From: Anaerolineae bacterium
GTDB lineage: Bacteria > Chloroflexota > Anaerolineae > Aggregatilineales > Ch27
Assembly: GCA_013178165.1 (NCBI GenBank)
Contig: JABLXG010000036.1
Coordinates: 6,874 to 70,873 of the forward strand
Direction: 5' to 3'
DNA length: 64,000 nucleotides
Made by a program: the position numbers and the translations under genes. Numbering within the stretch: the stretch's first letter is position 1; every line of letters begins with the position of its first letter. Under the pieces are notes generated by a model. The model was given only the letters and a program-made list of their open reading frames with translations. It was not told the origin of the DNA and searched no databases. Of the stretch, positions 44,112-51,960 are shown piece after piece.

Positions 44112-45128
44112 ATGAATACCGTATGGCCCCTCCCCCGCATCTCGTTTCGGGAGCTTGCAACAGTCACCGAGACGCGTCCTGCTGCGCTGCTGACCAGCAA
44201 AGGCGTCTGGGCGATGGTCAGCCCGTTGCTCAACCTGCCTGTGGTCATCCAGGCAGAGCCAACCAGCGTCAACCGGGCTTACCTGGAGAATCTCGCCAAA
44301 GGCTTGCCACAAGAGGTGGAAGTGGTCTATGGCGTCGGCGGCGGGCGGGCCATGGATGCCGCTAAGTTCATCGGCTGGTGGAATCGCAAGCCGGTCATCC
44401 TGATCCCGACTGCCCTGCCCGGCGACGTGATGTTCACCTGGGTAGCCCGTGTCCGCGATGGAGGCGGAGTCGTCGACATCGAAACCGGCGTGGCGCGGGA
44501 ATGCATCATCGACTGGGAAGTGATCCGGGCGGCGCCGCCGCATCTGCGCGGTGGGGGCATCGTCGATGTCCTGAGCATTGTCACCGGCTTGCTGGACTGG
44601 CGCTATGCAGCGGAACGCAACCGCAACAGCCCGGCCCAGCGCTTTGTCCCCTGGGCAGCGGGCATCGCCGCCGCCATCGCTCAGCAAGCCTTCCGTATCG
44701 CTGAGGGCATCGGGCGGGGTGAGGTCGAATCTCTCAAACTGTTGCTGGACTTCCTGGGGCTGGAAGTGCAACTCTGCAACCAGCTTGGCCATTCGCGCCC
44801 TGAAGAAGGCGGTGAACACTACTTCGCCTATGCAATCGAAAACTACATGCCACGCCGCACCCCGCATAGCGACATGGTCGGGCCGGGTATCCTGTTCGCT
44901 GCGGCGTTGCACGGCCAGGATGTCAAGCCCCTGCGGGATGCCCTGCTGGCCGCCGGTCTCCGCCTGGATCGTCTCAACCCGCAGGTGGTCCGCCAGGTCG
45001 TGCAGACCCTGCCGGAGTATGTGGTCACCCATAACCTGCCCTATGGCATCCTGAACGACATCGACCCCGCTTCTGAGAAGGTAACCAAGGCGCTGATCGC
45101 CAGCGGCCTTGAAGTCGAACCTGCCTGA
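44112..45128 (+). CDS. Iron-containing alcohol dehydrogenase superfamily protein, short Fe-ADH_2 / glycerol-1-phosphate-dehydrogenase-like type
   Basis: 338 aa. GVGGGRAMDAAKF (GGGxxxDxxK nucleotide motif), IPTALPGD, GGEHYFAYAIE (metal-site region with the second His replaced). Confidence 0.65.
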   Translation: MNTVWPLPRISFRELATVTETRPAALLTSKGVWAMVSPLLNLPVVIQAEPTSVNRAYLENLAKGLPQEVEVVYGVGGGRAMDAAKFIGWWNRKPVILIPTALPGDVMFTWVARVRDGGGVVDIETGVARECIIDWEVIRAAPPHLRGGGIVDVLSIVTGLLDWRYAAERNRNSPAQRFVPWAAGIAAAIAQQAFRIAEGIGRGEVESLKLLLDFLGLEVQLCNQLGHSRPEEGGEHYFAYAIENYMPRRTPHSDMVGPGILFAAALHGQDVKPLRDALLAAGLRLDRLNPQVVRQVVQTLPEYVVTHNLPYGILNDIDPASEKVTKALIASGLEVEPA

Positions 45129-45135
45129 ACTATAC

Positions 45136-45161
45136 GAGCCGGCAGCAGCCGGCTCTTTTTT
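45136..45161 (+). terminator. Rho-independent terminator
   Basis: GAGCCGGC / agca / GCCGGCTC followed by TTTTTT. Confidence 0.8.
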
Positions 45162-45247
45162 CGGCTCGCTGACGCGCCATCCGGCTGGCAACAAACCCTG
45201 CGCCATGTTACAAACAACGCAGGCGCGACGAGCAGGTAGAAATCGGC

Positions 45248-46372
45248 ATGACCAACGGCGAGCGGCATATCCTGTTTGTAGATGATGATCCTTCTATGCA
45301 GAAGATCATCCGCCACCTGCTGGAATCGCGGGGGGTGCAGGTGACCACCGCTGATGACGGCCGTATGGCCCTGGAGATCATGCAGGCCGGGCTGGTGCCG
45401 GACGTCATCATCGCCGACCTGGAAATGCCGGGCATGAACGGCCTGGAACTCTTCCGCGCTATACGCGCCAATGACACCTGGATCGCTATCCCTTTTATCG
45501 TACTCACTGCCCACGATGAAAAGCCGGTAATGCGCCAGGCCCTGCGGCTGGGCGTCGATGACTTCCTGACCAAACCGGTCGATGGCGAACGCTTATTGCT
45601 GACGATTTACAGCAAGGCCAAACGCGCCCAGGAGCTAACCGGCTATACGGAATCCGTCCACCGCAAGCTGGAATACACCCAGCGCGATATAGCCCGTATG
45701 TTCACCCATGAATTGCGGACGCCGCTGGTTTCGCTGAACATGGCGCTCGAGTTGTTGCGCCGCGGCGGTAATAGCCTGAGCAGCGAAGAGGTCCACGAAC
45801 AACTGGAGACCCTTCAGTCAGGCGTTACCCGGCTGAACCGGCTGGTAGAGCAGATGGTCCTGCTCATCCAGTTGGACACCGGCGAACTGCAGAAACTGAT
45901 CCAGAGCGCGGGAACCCCCGGAATCCTGTGGGAGGCTGTGCAGGCGGCCACCAATCAGGCGCGCGCGTTCTCACATCACCGGCGCGATGTCGAAGTCGTC
46001 TATAACGACGGCGGCGTCACCGGCGAGATCAGGGCTGAGTGGCGCACGCTGCGCCACGCCCTGGCCGAACTGCTTTCCAATGCGATGGCCTTCTCCCCGC
46101 CCGGCGAGCCAGTCCTGGTCACCCAATGGCGGGATAGTCGCTCGATTGCGATCAGCATTGTCGATCACGGCCCTGGCATCCCGCCAGAGATGCAGGGCGA
46201 TCTCTTCCGGCGCTTCAAACAACTGGAGCGCGAGAAACACGAACAGCAGGGCATCGGCATCGGCCTCTACCTGGCACGCAATATCATCGAAGCCACCGGC
46301 GGCGAACTGATCCTGATCTCCGACACCGGCCAGGGTACATCCGTGATTGTGCGCTTCCCGCTGCTCTCCTGA
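45248..46372 (+). CDS. Hybrid signalling protein: N-terminal receiver domain fused to HisKA-HATPase histidine kinase core, with no sensor or TM domain
   Basis: REC: ILFVDDDPS, IIADLEMPGMNG, VLTAHD, FLTKP. H-box FTHELRTPL. N-box SNAMAFSPPG. G1 DHGPGIP. G2 GIGIGL. Confidence 0.85.
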   Translation: MTNGERHILFVDDDPSMQKIIRHLLESRGVQVTTADDGRMALEIMQAGLVPDVIIADLEMPGMNGLELFRAIRANDTWIAIPFIVLTAHDEKPVMRQALRLGVDDFLTKPVDGERLLLTIYSKAKRAQELTGYTESVHRKLEYTQRDIARMFTHELRTPLVSLNMALELLRRGGNSLSSEEVHEQLETLQSGVTRLNRLVEQMVLLIQLDTGELQKLIQSAGTPGILWEAVQAATNQARAFSHHRRDVEVVYNDGGVTGEIRAEWRTLRHALAELLSNAMAFSPPGEPVLVTQWRDSRSIAISIVDHGPGIPPEMQGDLFRRFKQLEREKHEQQGIGIGLYLARNIIEATGGELILISDTGQGTSVIVRFPLLS

Positions 46373-46402
46373 TCCGGCGGGGTTACCGCCGGGCAGCAGT
46401 TC

Positions 46403-47209
46403 CTACTCCGTGATGCAGGGGTTTTCCAGCCGCCCGATCCGCTCGATTTCGACCACGATCACATCGCCGTTCTGCAGGAAGATCGGCGGTTTGCGGAAGA
46501 CGCCCACCCCATCCGGCGTGCCGGTCAGGATGATATCCCCCGGTTCCAGGGTGAACGCCGCCGAGGCAAAGGCGATCAGGTGAGCTACAGAGAAGATCAT
46601 TTCTCCCGTGTGGCTGTCCTGCATCACCCGACCGTTAAGTGTGGTGCGGATCGCCAGCCGCTGCGGATCGGGGATATCAGCAGCGGTTGTCACCGCCGGC
46701 CCCAGCGGGCAGAAGGTATCCAGGCTCTTGCCACGCACCCATTGTTTATCGCCGTACTGCAGGTCGCGGGCGGTGACATCATTGGCAGCCGTGTAGCCAA
46801 AGACATAGCTCAGCGCCTCAGATTCAGGCACGCGGCGGGCCATCCGCCCGATCACAACTGCCAGTTCGGCCTCAAAATCGACCTGGCTGGTCAGCGCCGG
46901 TGACCAACGGATCGGGTCACCGGGATTGTTGATCGCGGTAGTGAACTTGGTGAAGATGATCGGCCATTCCGGTGCGGGCTTGTTCTGTTCCCGGCAATGA
47001 TCCCAGTAATTCTGACCGATGGCGACGATCTTGCCGGGCCGCTCCACCGGACTGAGCAGCCGCGCCCCGGCCAGCGGGATGGTAGCCACGCGGTCCGGCT
47101 GGCGTCCCGCCAGCACTTCAGACCAGCTCAGGGAGGTCAAGGCAATCCGGTCGCCATCCACGACACCGAATACCGGCTTGCCATCGTGCATCACCCGTAC
47201 CCACTGCAT
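46403..47209 (-). CDS. Fumarylacetoacetate hydrolase (FAH) family protein
   Basis: ATG 47209 after SD AAGGAGAG. KIVAIGQNY, FEAELAVVIG, YTAANDVTARD, GDIILTGTPDGVG. Confidence 0.8.
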   Translation of the reverse strand: MQWVRVMHDGKPVFGVVDGDRIALTSLSWSEVLAGRQPDRVATIPLAGARLLSPVERPGKIVAIGQNYWDHCREQNKPAPEWPIIFTKFTTAINNPGDPIRWSPALTSQVDFEAELAVVIGRMARRVPESEALSYVFGYTAANDVTARDLQYGDKQWVRGKSLDTFCPLGPAVTTAADIPDPQRLAIRTTLNGRVMQDSHTGEMIFSVAHLIAFASAAFTLEPGDIILTGTPDGVGVFRKPPIFLQNGDVIVVEIERIGRLENPCITE

Positions 47210-47283
47210 TGGATATTCTCTCCTTGGGGATTGGCGGCTCACGCCTCTATAATATACCCCGCACCAGGAGAACGGGAGCACGT

Positions 47284-48189
47284 ATGTCCACCCTGCCCAG
47301 AATCGTAATCTACACAGACGGAGGTTGTTCGCCGAACCCCGGCCCCGGCGGCTGGGGCGCAGTTCTGGTGCACCCTGACAGGACGTTGGAGCTATCCGGC
47401 GGCGACCCGGAAACCACCAACAACCGCATGGAGTTGACCGCCGCTGTGGAGGCGCTCCGGGCGCTCAAGCGCCCCTGCGCCATTGACTTCTACACCGACT
47501 CCGAGTACCTGCGCAAAGGCATCACCGAATGGATCGATCGCTGGGCGGCTAACGGCTGGCGTTCCGCCTCCGGTGGCAAGGGCCACCCAATCGCCAACAG
47601 CGATCTCTGGCAGGCCCTCCACCGGCTGGCGCGGCAGCATGAAATCACCTGGCACTGGATCAAAGGCCACCAGGGCGATCCCCATAACGAGCGGGCTGAC
47701 GCCCTGGCCAGCGCCGCGATCCCCCGCCCACAACTGGCGGTTGATCCAGCCGCTACGGCGGTATATCTGCGCGTTTCCGGTACCCAGCCACGCGGGCCGC
47801 ACGGAGCTGCCGCGGCTATTGTCCGCGATGGGGATACGAGCGTCTTTCAGTATAGCCAGCCAGACGCCACAACCAATGGCTTCACGCTCCAGGCAGTTCT
47901 TGCCCTGCTGCAACAACTTCCTGCTGGCGAGCCACTCCGCTTCTATACCAACAACAGTTATCTGCACGATGGCATCACCCGCTGGGTGGAAGGCTGGCGC
48001 AACACCGGCTGGGCCAGGCCGCAGAAGTTCCGGACCGAATGGCAGGCGCTTGACCGCCTCAACCGGAGCCGCCGGATCACCTGGGTTCGCTTTGACAGCG
48101 ATAGTGAGCCGGAGGTCTTCCAGATACTCCGTACGGCGGCGGAGGAAGCCCGACGCCAGGCCGCCGGCGCCTCGTCACCGGAGAGCTAG
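47284..48189 (+). CDS. rnhA: Ribonuclease HI fused to a second, catalytically degenerate RNase H-like domain
   Basis: Domain 1 (aa 1-150) has DEDD plus His: IYTDGGC, TNNRMELTA, YTDSEY, KGHQGDPHNERADALA. Domain 2 (aa ~157-301) aligns by eye (VYLRVSG, TTNGFTLQA, YTNNSYLHDGITRWVEGW, ITWVRFDSDSE), with every catalytic residue replaced. Confidence 0.85.
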   Translation: MSTLPRIVIYTDGGCSPNPGPGGWGAVLVHPDRTLELSGGDPETTNNRMELTAAVEALRALKRPCAIDFYTDSEYLRKGITEWIDRWAANGWRSASGGKGHPIANSDLWQALHRLARQHEITWHWIKGHQGDPHNERADALASAAIPRPQLAVDPAATAVYLRVSGTQPRGPHGAAAAIVRDGDTSVFQYSQPDATTNGFTLQAVLALLQQLPAGEPLRFYTNNSYLHDGITRWVEGWRNTGWARPQKFRTEWQALDRLNRSRRITWVRFDSDSEPEVFQILRTAAEEARRQAAGASSPES

Positions 48190-48434
48190 GACCGCGCAGC
48201 GACACGTCTGCACAACGGCGGTGTTCTAGTTGTGGGAGGGTCAGCCTGTTACCGGCCCTTAAACCGGCTGGCGACAGCAAGCTGATAGCACTCCCGCCGG
48301 ACTGGCGGTATGATCATCTGTAGCAACACGCTGGCATGCAACAGGAATCACAGTCGCAAACGTATCGTAACCAGAGCTGATCCAGTACCGTCATCGATGA
48401 CCTGAGGCCTAAAGCGAGAAAGCGACACCTGAAC

Positions 48435-49631
48435 ATGAAGCGAGTCATCTTTTTAATGTCAGACACAGGCGGCGGGCATCGCGCCGCCGGGCGGGCGATT
48501 GAAGCAGCGCTACAGATCCGTTACCCCGACCAGTTCGAGACCCACTACGTTGATGTCTTCCGCGAATACACCCCCGCCCCGATGAAATATGCGCCGGAAA
48601 TCTACCCCAAATGGGTTAAGCACAGCATCAAGACTTACGGCTGGTACTTTCAGTTCTTTGACCAGCTGATGCAACTCCCCCTCACCCGCAGCACATTACC
48701 CATGCTGATCGCCGAAGATGCGGTCAGGAAGCTGCTGTCAGACTACGATCCCGATATTCTGATCGTGCTGCATGGCGCGTTCTCTCGCTTTGTGGTGGGG
48801 GCGCGCAACCGGTTGCGGTTCAACATCCCGATCATGACCGTGATCACCGATCTGGCCCGCCCGCATGTCGCCTGGTACCATCCCGGCGTGGATCGCTGCC
48901 TGGTGCCCTGCCAGGCCGCGTTCAGGCGGGGGGTCAAGCTGGGCGTCGCGCCGGGCAAAATGCGTGTAGTCGGTCATCCGGCTCATCCCAAGTTCACCCT
49001 TTACAAAGCTACCAAGCAGGAAGCCCGCCGCACGCTGAACTGGGCGCCGGACCGCCCGACGGTCATGCTGCTTGGCGGCGGGGAGGGCATGGGCGACATG
49101 GAGGAGATCGCCGATGCCATCAACCGCCGCGCCCTGGACGCCCAGATGGCGATCGTCTGTGGCCGCAATGAGGCGCTGCGCACAGCGTTGCAGGCGATGG
49201 CCTGGAACCTGCAGACCTATATCTACGGCTTCGTCGACAATATCGAGGTCATGATGCGCGCCGCCGACGTGCTGGTCACCAAAGCCGGCCCGGGCACTAT
49301 TGCCGAAGCGGCTATCAGCGGCCTGCCCATGATCCTCAGCGACGCCATCCCCTACCAGGAAAGCCCGAACATCGGCTTCGTGGTCGATAATCAGGCGGGC
49401 GTCTTTGAACCCTCGCCGGAAGGAATCGCCGCGCTGCTGGCTCAGTGGTTTACCCCCGGCGATACCACTCTGCAGACGCTGGCCAGGAACACGCGGCGCA
49501 TCGCCTATCCCAACGCGACCTTCGACATCGCTGACGAGATCGCCACGATGTGCGCGCAACCGCGTGTCAGCGTCCCGCTGGAGAAGCCCAAAGTCGCCGA
49601 CAAGCTCTTTAGCCTGATCGATCGCCTGTGA
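48435..49631 (+). CDS. GT28-family glycosyltransferase, monogalactosyl/diglucosyl-diacylglycerol synthase-like
   Basis: N-terminal VIFLMSDTGGGHRAAGRAI, which is typical of the MGDG-synthase/UgtP family. C-terminal TKAGPGTIAEA and ENQ-like nucleotide-sugar motif region. Confidence 0.75.
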   Translation: MKRVIFLMSDTGGGHRAAGRAIEAALQIRYPDQFETHYVDVFREYTPAPMKYAPEIYPKWVKHSIKTYGWYFQFFDQLMQLPLTRSTLPMLIAEDAVRKLLSDYDPDILIVLHGAFSRFVVGARNRLRFNIPIMTVITDLARPHVAWYHPGVDRCLVPCQAAFRRGVKLGVAPGKMRVVGHPAHPKFTLYKATKQEARRTLNWAPDRPTVMLLGGGEGMGDMEEIADAINRRALDAQMAIVCGRNEALRTALQAMAWNLQTYIYGFVDNIEVMMRAADVLVTKAGPGTIAEAAISGLPMILSDAIPYQESPNIGFVVDNQAGVFEPSPEGIAALLAQWFTPGDTTLQTLARNTRRIAYPNATFDIADEIATMCAQPRVSVPLEKPKVADKLFSLIDRL

Positions 49632-49730
49632 TCCCGGCCTGGCAGGCTGCTTTTTCACCGGCAGCGGCGGCAAGTCCGGGCTGGGAACGCCGTATCGCTG
49701 CACGGTAACTAGGCGTGAAGGAGACACCCG

Positions 49731-50390
49731 GTGGAACGAAATGCTAGCCTGCACCCCCCGACCAAGTACTTTGTCGGCGTAGCGGGCAACATCGGTGTGG
49801 GCAAGAGCAGCCTGACCGGCCTGCTAGCCCGTGCACTGGACTGGGAACCGTTCTTTGAGGCCAACGCTGAGAATCCTTACCTGGCTGATTTCTACGAAGA
49901 CATGCAACAATGGAGCTTCCATTCGCAGGTCTTCTTTCTCAGCCGCCGCCTGCAACATCACCGCCAGCTGGTCGATCACCCCGGCAGCGTGATCCAGGAT
50001 CGCACGGTCTACGAAGATGCGGAGGTCTTCGCCCGGAACCTGTACCGCCAGGGCCATATGAGCCAGCGCGATTATGAGACCTATCACGCCCTGTACCAGG
50101 GTATCTCGGCCTTCCTGCCTGCGCCAGACCTGCTGATCTACCTGCGAGCGCGGGTCGGCACACTGGTGGAGCGTATCGCCATGCGTGGCCGGGCCTATGA
50201 GCGCCAGATCTCGATCGACTATCTGGCCATGCTGAACACCCTGTACGAGGAATGGATCAGTAGCTGGAAGGCCTGTCCTGTCCTCATCCTCTCCGCCGAT
50301 GACCTGGATTTCGTCCATCATGACGCAGACTTCCAGCTGATCCTCAACGACGTCCGCGCCCACCTGGCGGCCCTCCAGCCTGGTTCCTGA
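49731..50390 (+). CDS. Deoxynucleoside kinase
   Basis: GTG start after SD GAAGGAG. P-loop GNIGVGKSS, FQ..FFLSR, DRTVYED, lid ERIAMRGRAYE. Confidence 0.8.
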   Translation: MERNASLHPPTKYFVGVAGNIGVGKSSLTGLLARALDWEPFFEANAENPYLADFYEDMQQWSFHSQVFFLSRRLQHHRQLVDHPGSVIQDRTVYEDAEVFARNLYRQGHMSQRDYETYHALYQGISAFLPAPDLLIYLRARVGTLVERIAMRGRAYERQISIDYLAMLNTLYEEWISSWKACPVLILSADDLDFVHHDADFQLILNDVRAHLAALQPGS

Positions 50391-50397
50391 GACCGCC

Positions 50398-50426
50398 AAC
50401 AAAAAGGGCGGCCACACCGGCCGCCC
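50398..50426 (-). terminator. Rho-independent terminator of the downstream SBP gene (also closes the convergent kinase gene)
   Basis: On the minus strand, GGGCGGCC / ggtgt / GGCCGCCC is followed by TTTTTGTT. Confidence 0.75.
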
Positions 50427-50452
50427 TATCAGCGCCGCCAGACCCATCGCTT

Positions 50453-51826
50453 TCAGGGGGCGAACTCGGTGTGGTAGAGCAGGTTGGCATGCTCGTTGGC
50501 GGCACGCAACGTTGACTCGACCCGGGCGCCATCGAAGATGGGCAGGATGCCCTCCTGCAGGATGATATCCCGCACGGCGTCATACCCGGCCAGCGGCGGG
50601 ACCATCCGTGTGGCATCCAGCAATTCGACCGCCGCTGCATAGCGCGGGTTTTCCGCCAGATTGTCCTGCAGCAGCGAGAGCGCTGAACGCCGCACCGGGA
50701 AGAAGTTGGTGATCCGCGCCCAGCTGGCCTGCTGCTCCGGCTCTGCCAGCCAGCGGACAAACAGCCAGGCCGCCAGTTCCGCCTCCGGCGTGGTCACGGG
50801 GATGGAGACAGACGCGCCGTTGAGCTTCTGCGTGGGGGCCGCCGCCCCCAGATCGGCGTAGGGCAACGCTGCCACCGTCCACTCGAAATCACCGCCCCCG
50901 GCTTCAGCAATGGCTGCTTCCACAAAAGGCATAGCCGCGCTGGAAGCGAAGTAGAACAGGTTCACCCGGCGGGCAAAATCGACGCGGTCGCTGCCAGCTT
51001 CGGCCACCCGGTTGACACAGTCGCGGGCCAGCAGATCTTGCAGCACATCCAGGACATAGAGCGCCTGAGGCCCATCGTAGCGGTACTCATCCGCAGCGTA
51101 GTCAAAGACATCGCCGCCCAGAGCGAAGATCGCCGCCGCCAGAAAGCTCTCATCCGCCGGCAGGCTGAAGCCAGCGCGGCCCTCCGCACTGCGGCTCCAG
51201 GCGCAGGCCATCTCCCCGAATTCCTGCCAGCTCAGCGGTGGCGCGGTATAGCCCAGCTCGGCTAGCCCGTCCAGATTCACGTACAGCATCTCCATCGAGC
51301 GGCTCAGCGGAAAGCCCAGCCGCATCCCGAACTGCGGGCTGACGTCATGGTCAATGAAGCGGGAGAAGAAATCGGTCAGCTCCTCCGCGGAGTAGCCCCA
51401 CTGCGGATCGGAGACGAACTTCTCCAGGTCAACCAGCGCACCATCCAGCTGGTACGTCGCCGCCTGACCCTGAAAGGCCACTACCAGATTGGGCATTTCC
51501 CCGGAGGTGATCGCCGCCAGCATCTTGCGGTAGATGTCGCCATAGGACCCCTGGCTAGACGGCTGGACGGTAATCCCCCAGGGGTTGGCCGCGTTGAATT
51601 CGGCAGCCATGGCTTCCAGGGCCTTGGCCCGGTCTCCGCTATGCTGGTGCCAGTAAATGACCGTCTGGCTGGCAGGGTCAATCCCGGCCAGCGGGCCGGA
51701 TGGCGCTGGCGTGACTGGCAGGGCCAGCGTGCGGGTGACGTTATCTCCCTGCGCGCTAACCGGTGCTGCGATGGCAGGCCAGATGCTTAAGGTAACCACA
51801 AACAACAGGAATACTATGCGTCGCAT
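50453..51826 (-). CDS. ABC transporter extracellular solute-binding protein (family 1, sugar-type), paralog A
   Basis: Signal peptide MRRIVFLLFVVTLSIWPAIAAPVSA. YWHQHSGDR, PNLVV, and C-terminal W..F..W pattern of family-1 SBPs. Confidence 0.75.
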   Translation of the reverse strand: MRRIVFLLFVVTLSIWPAIAAPVSAQGDNVTRTLALPVTPAPSGPLAGIDPASQTVIYWHQHSGDRAKALEAMAAEFNAANPWGITVQPSSQGSYGDIYRKMLAAITSGEMPNLVVAFQGQAATYQLDGALVDLEKFVSDPQWGYSAEELTDFFSRFIDHDVSPQFGMRLGFPLSRSMEMLYVNLDGLAELGYTAPPLSWQEFGEMACAWSRSAEGRAGFSLPADESFLAAAIFALGGDVFDYAADEYRYDGPQALYVLDVLQDLLARDCVNRVAEAGSDRVDFARRVNLFYFASSAAMPFVEAAIAEAGGGDFEWTVAALPYADLGAAAPTQKLNGASVSIPVTTPEAELAAWLFVRWLAEPEQQASWARITNFFPVRRSALSLLQDNLAENPRYAAAVELLDATRMVPPLAGYDAVRDIILQEGILPIFDGARVESTLRAANEHANLLYHTEFAP

Positions 51827-51880
51827 TGCCTACTCCCTGAACATGCGGGATTGCGTCGTTATCTTGTTGCTTTCTTCCCA

Positions 51881-51916
51881 GGCAGAAACTGGGGGCGACC
51901 GGCGTGTCGCCCCCAG
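51881..51916 (-). terminator. Rho-independent terminator between the two SBP paralogs
   Basis: On the minus strand, CTGGGGGCGAC / acgccg / GTCGCCCCCAG (11-bp stem) is followed by TTTCTGCC. Confidence 0.65.
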
Positions 51917-51960
51917 CAAATGCCCAGCTACCACCAAACAGGCTGGTTCAGGCCAGCGTG

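Noticed and set aside
44034-45206. 390-aa minus-strand ORF antisense to the Fe-ADH_2-like gene
   Set aside because: The plus-strand product carries the GGGxxxDxxK motif and a sensible SD and terminator context. The antisense product is compositionally biased and motif-free.
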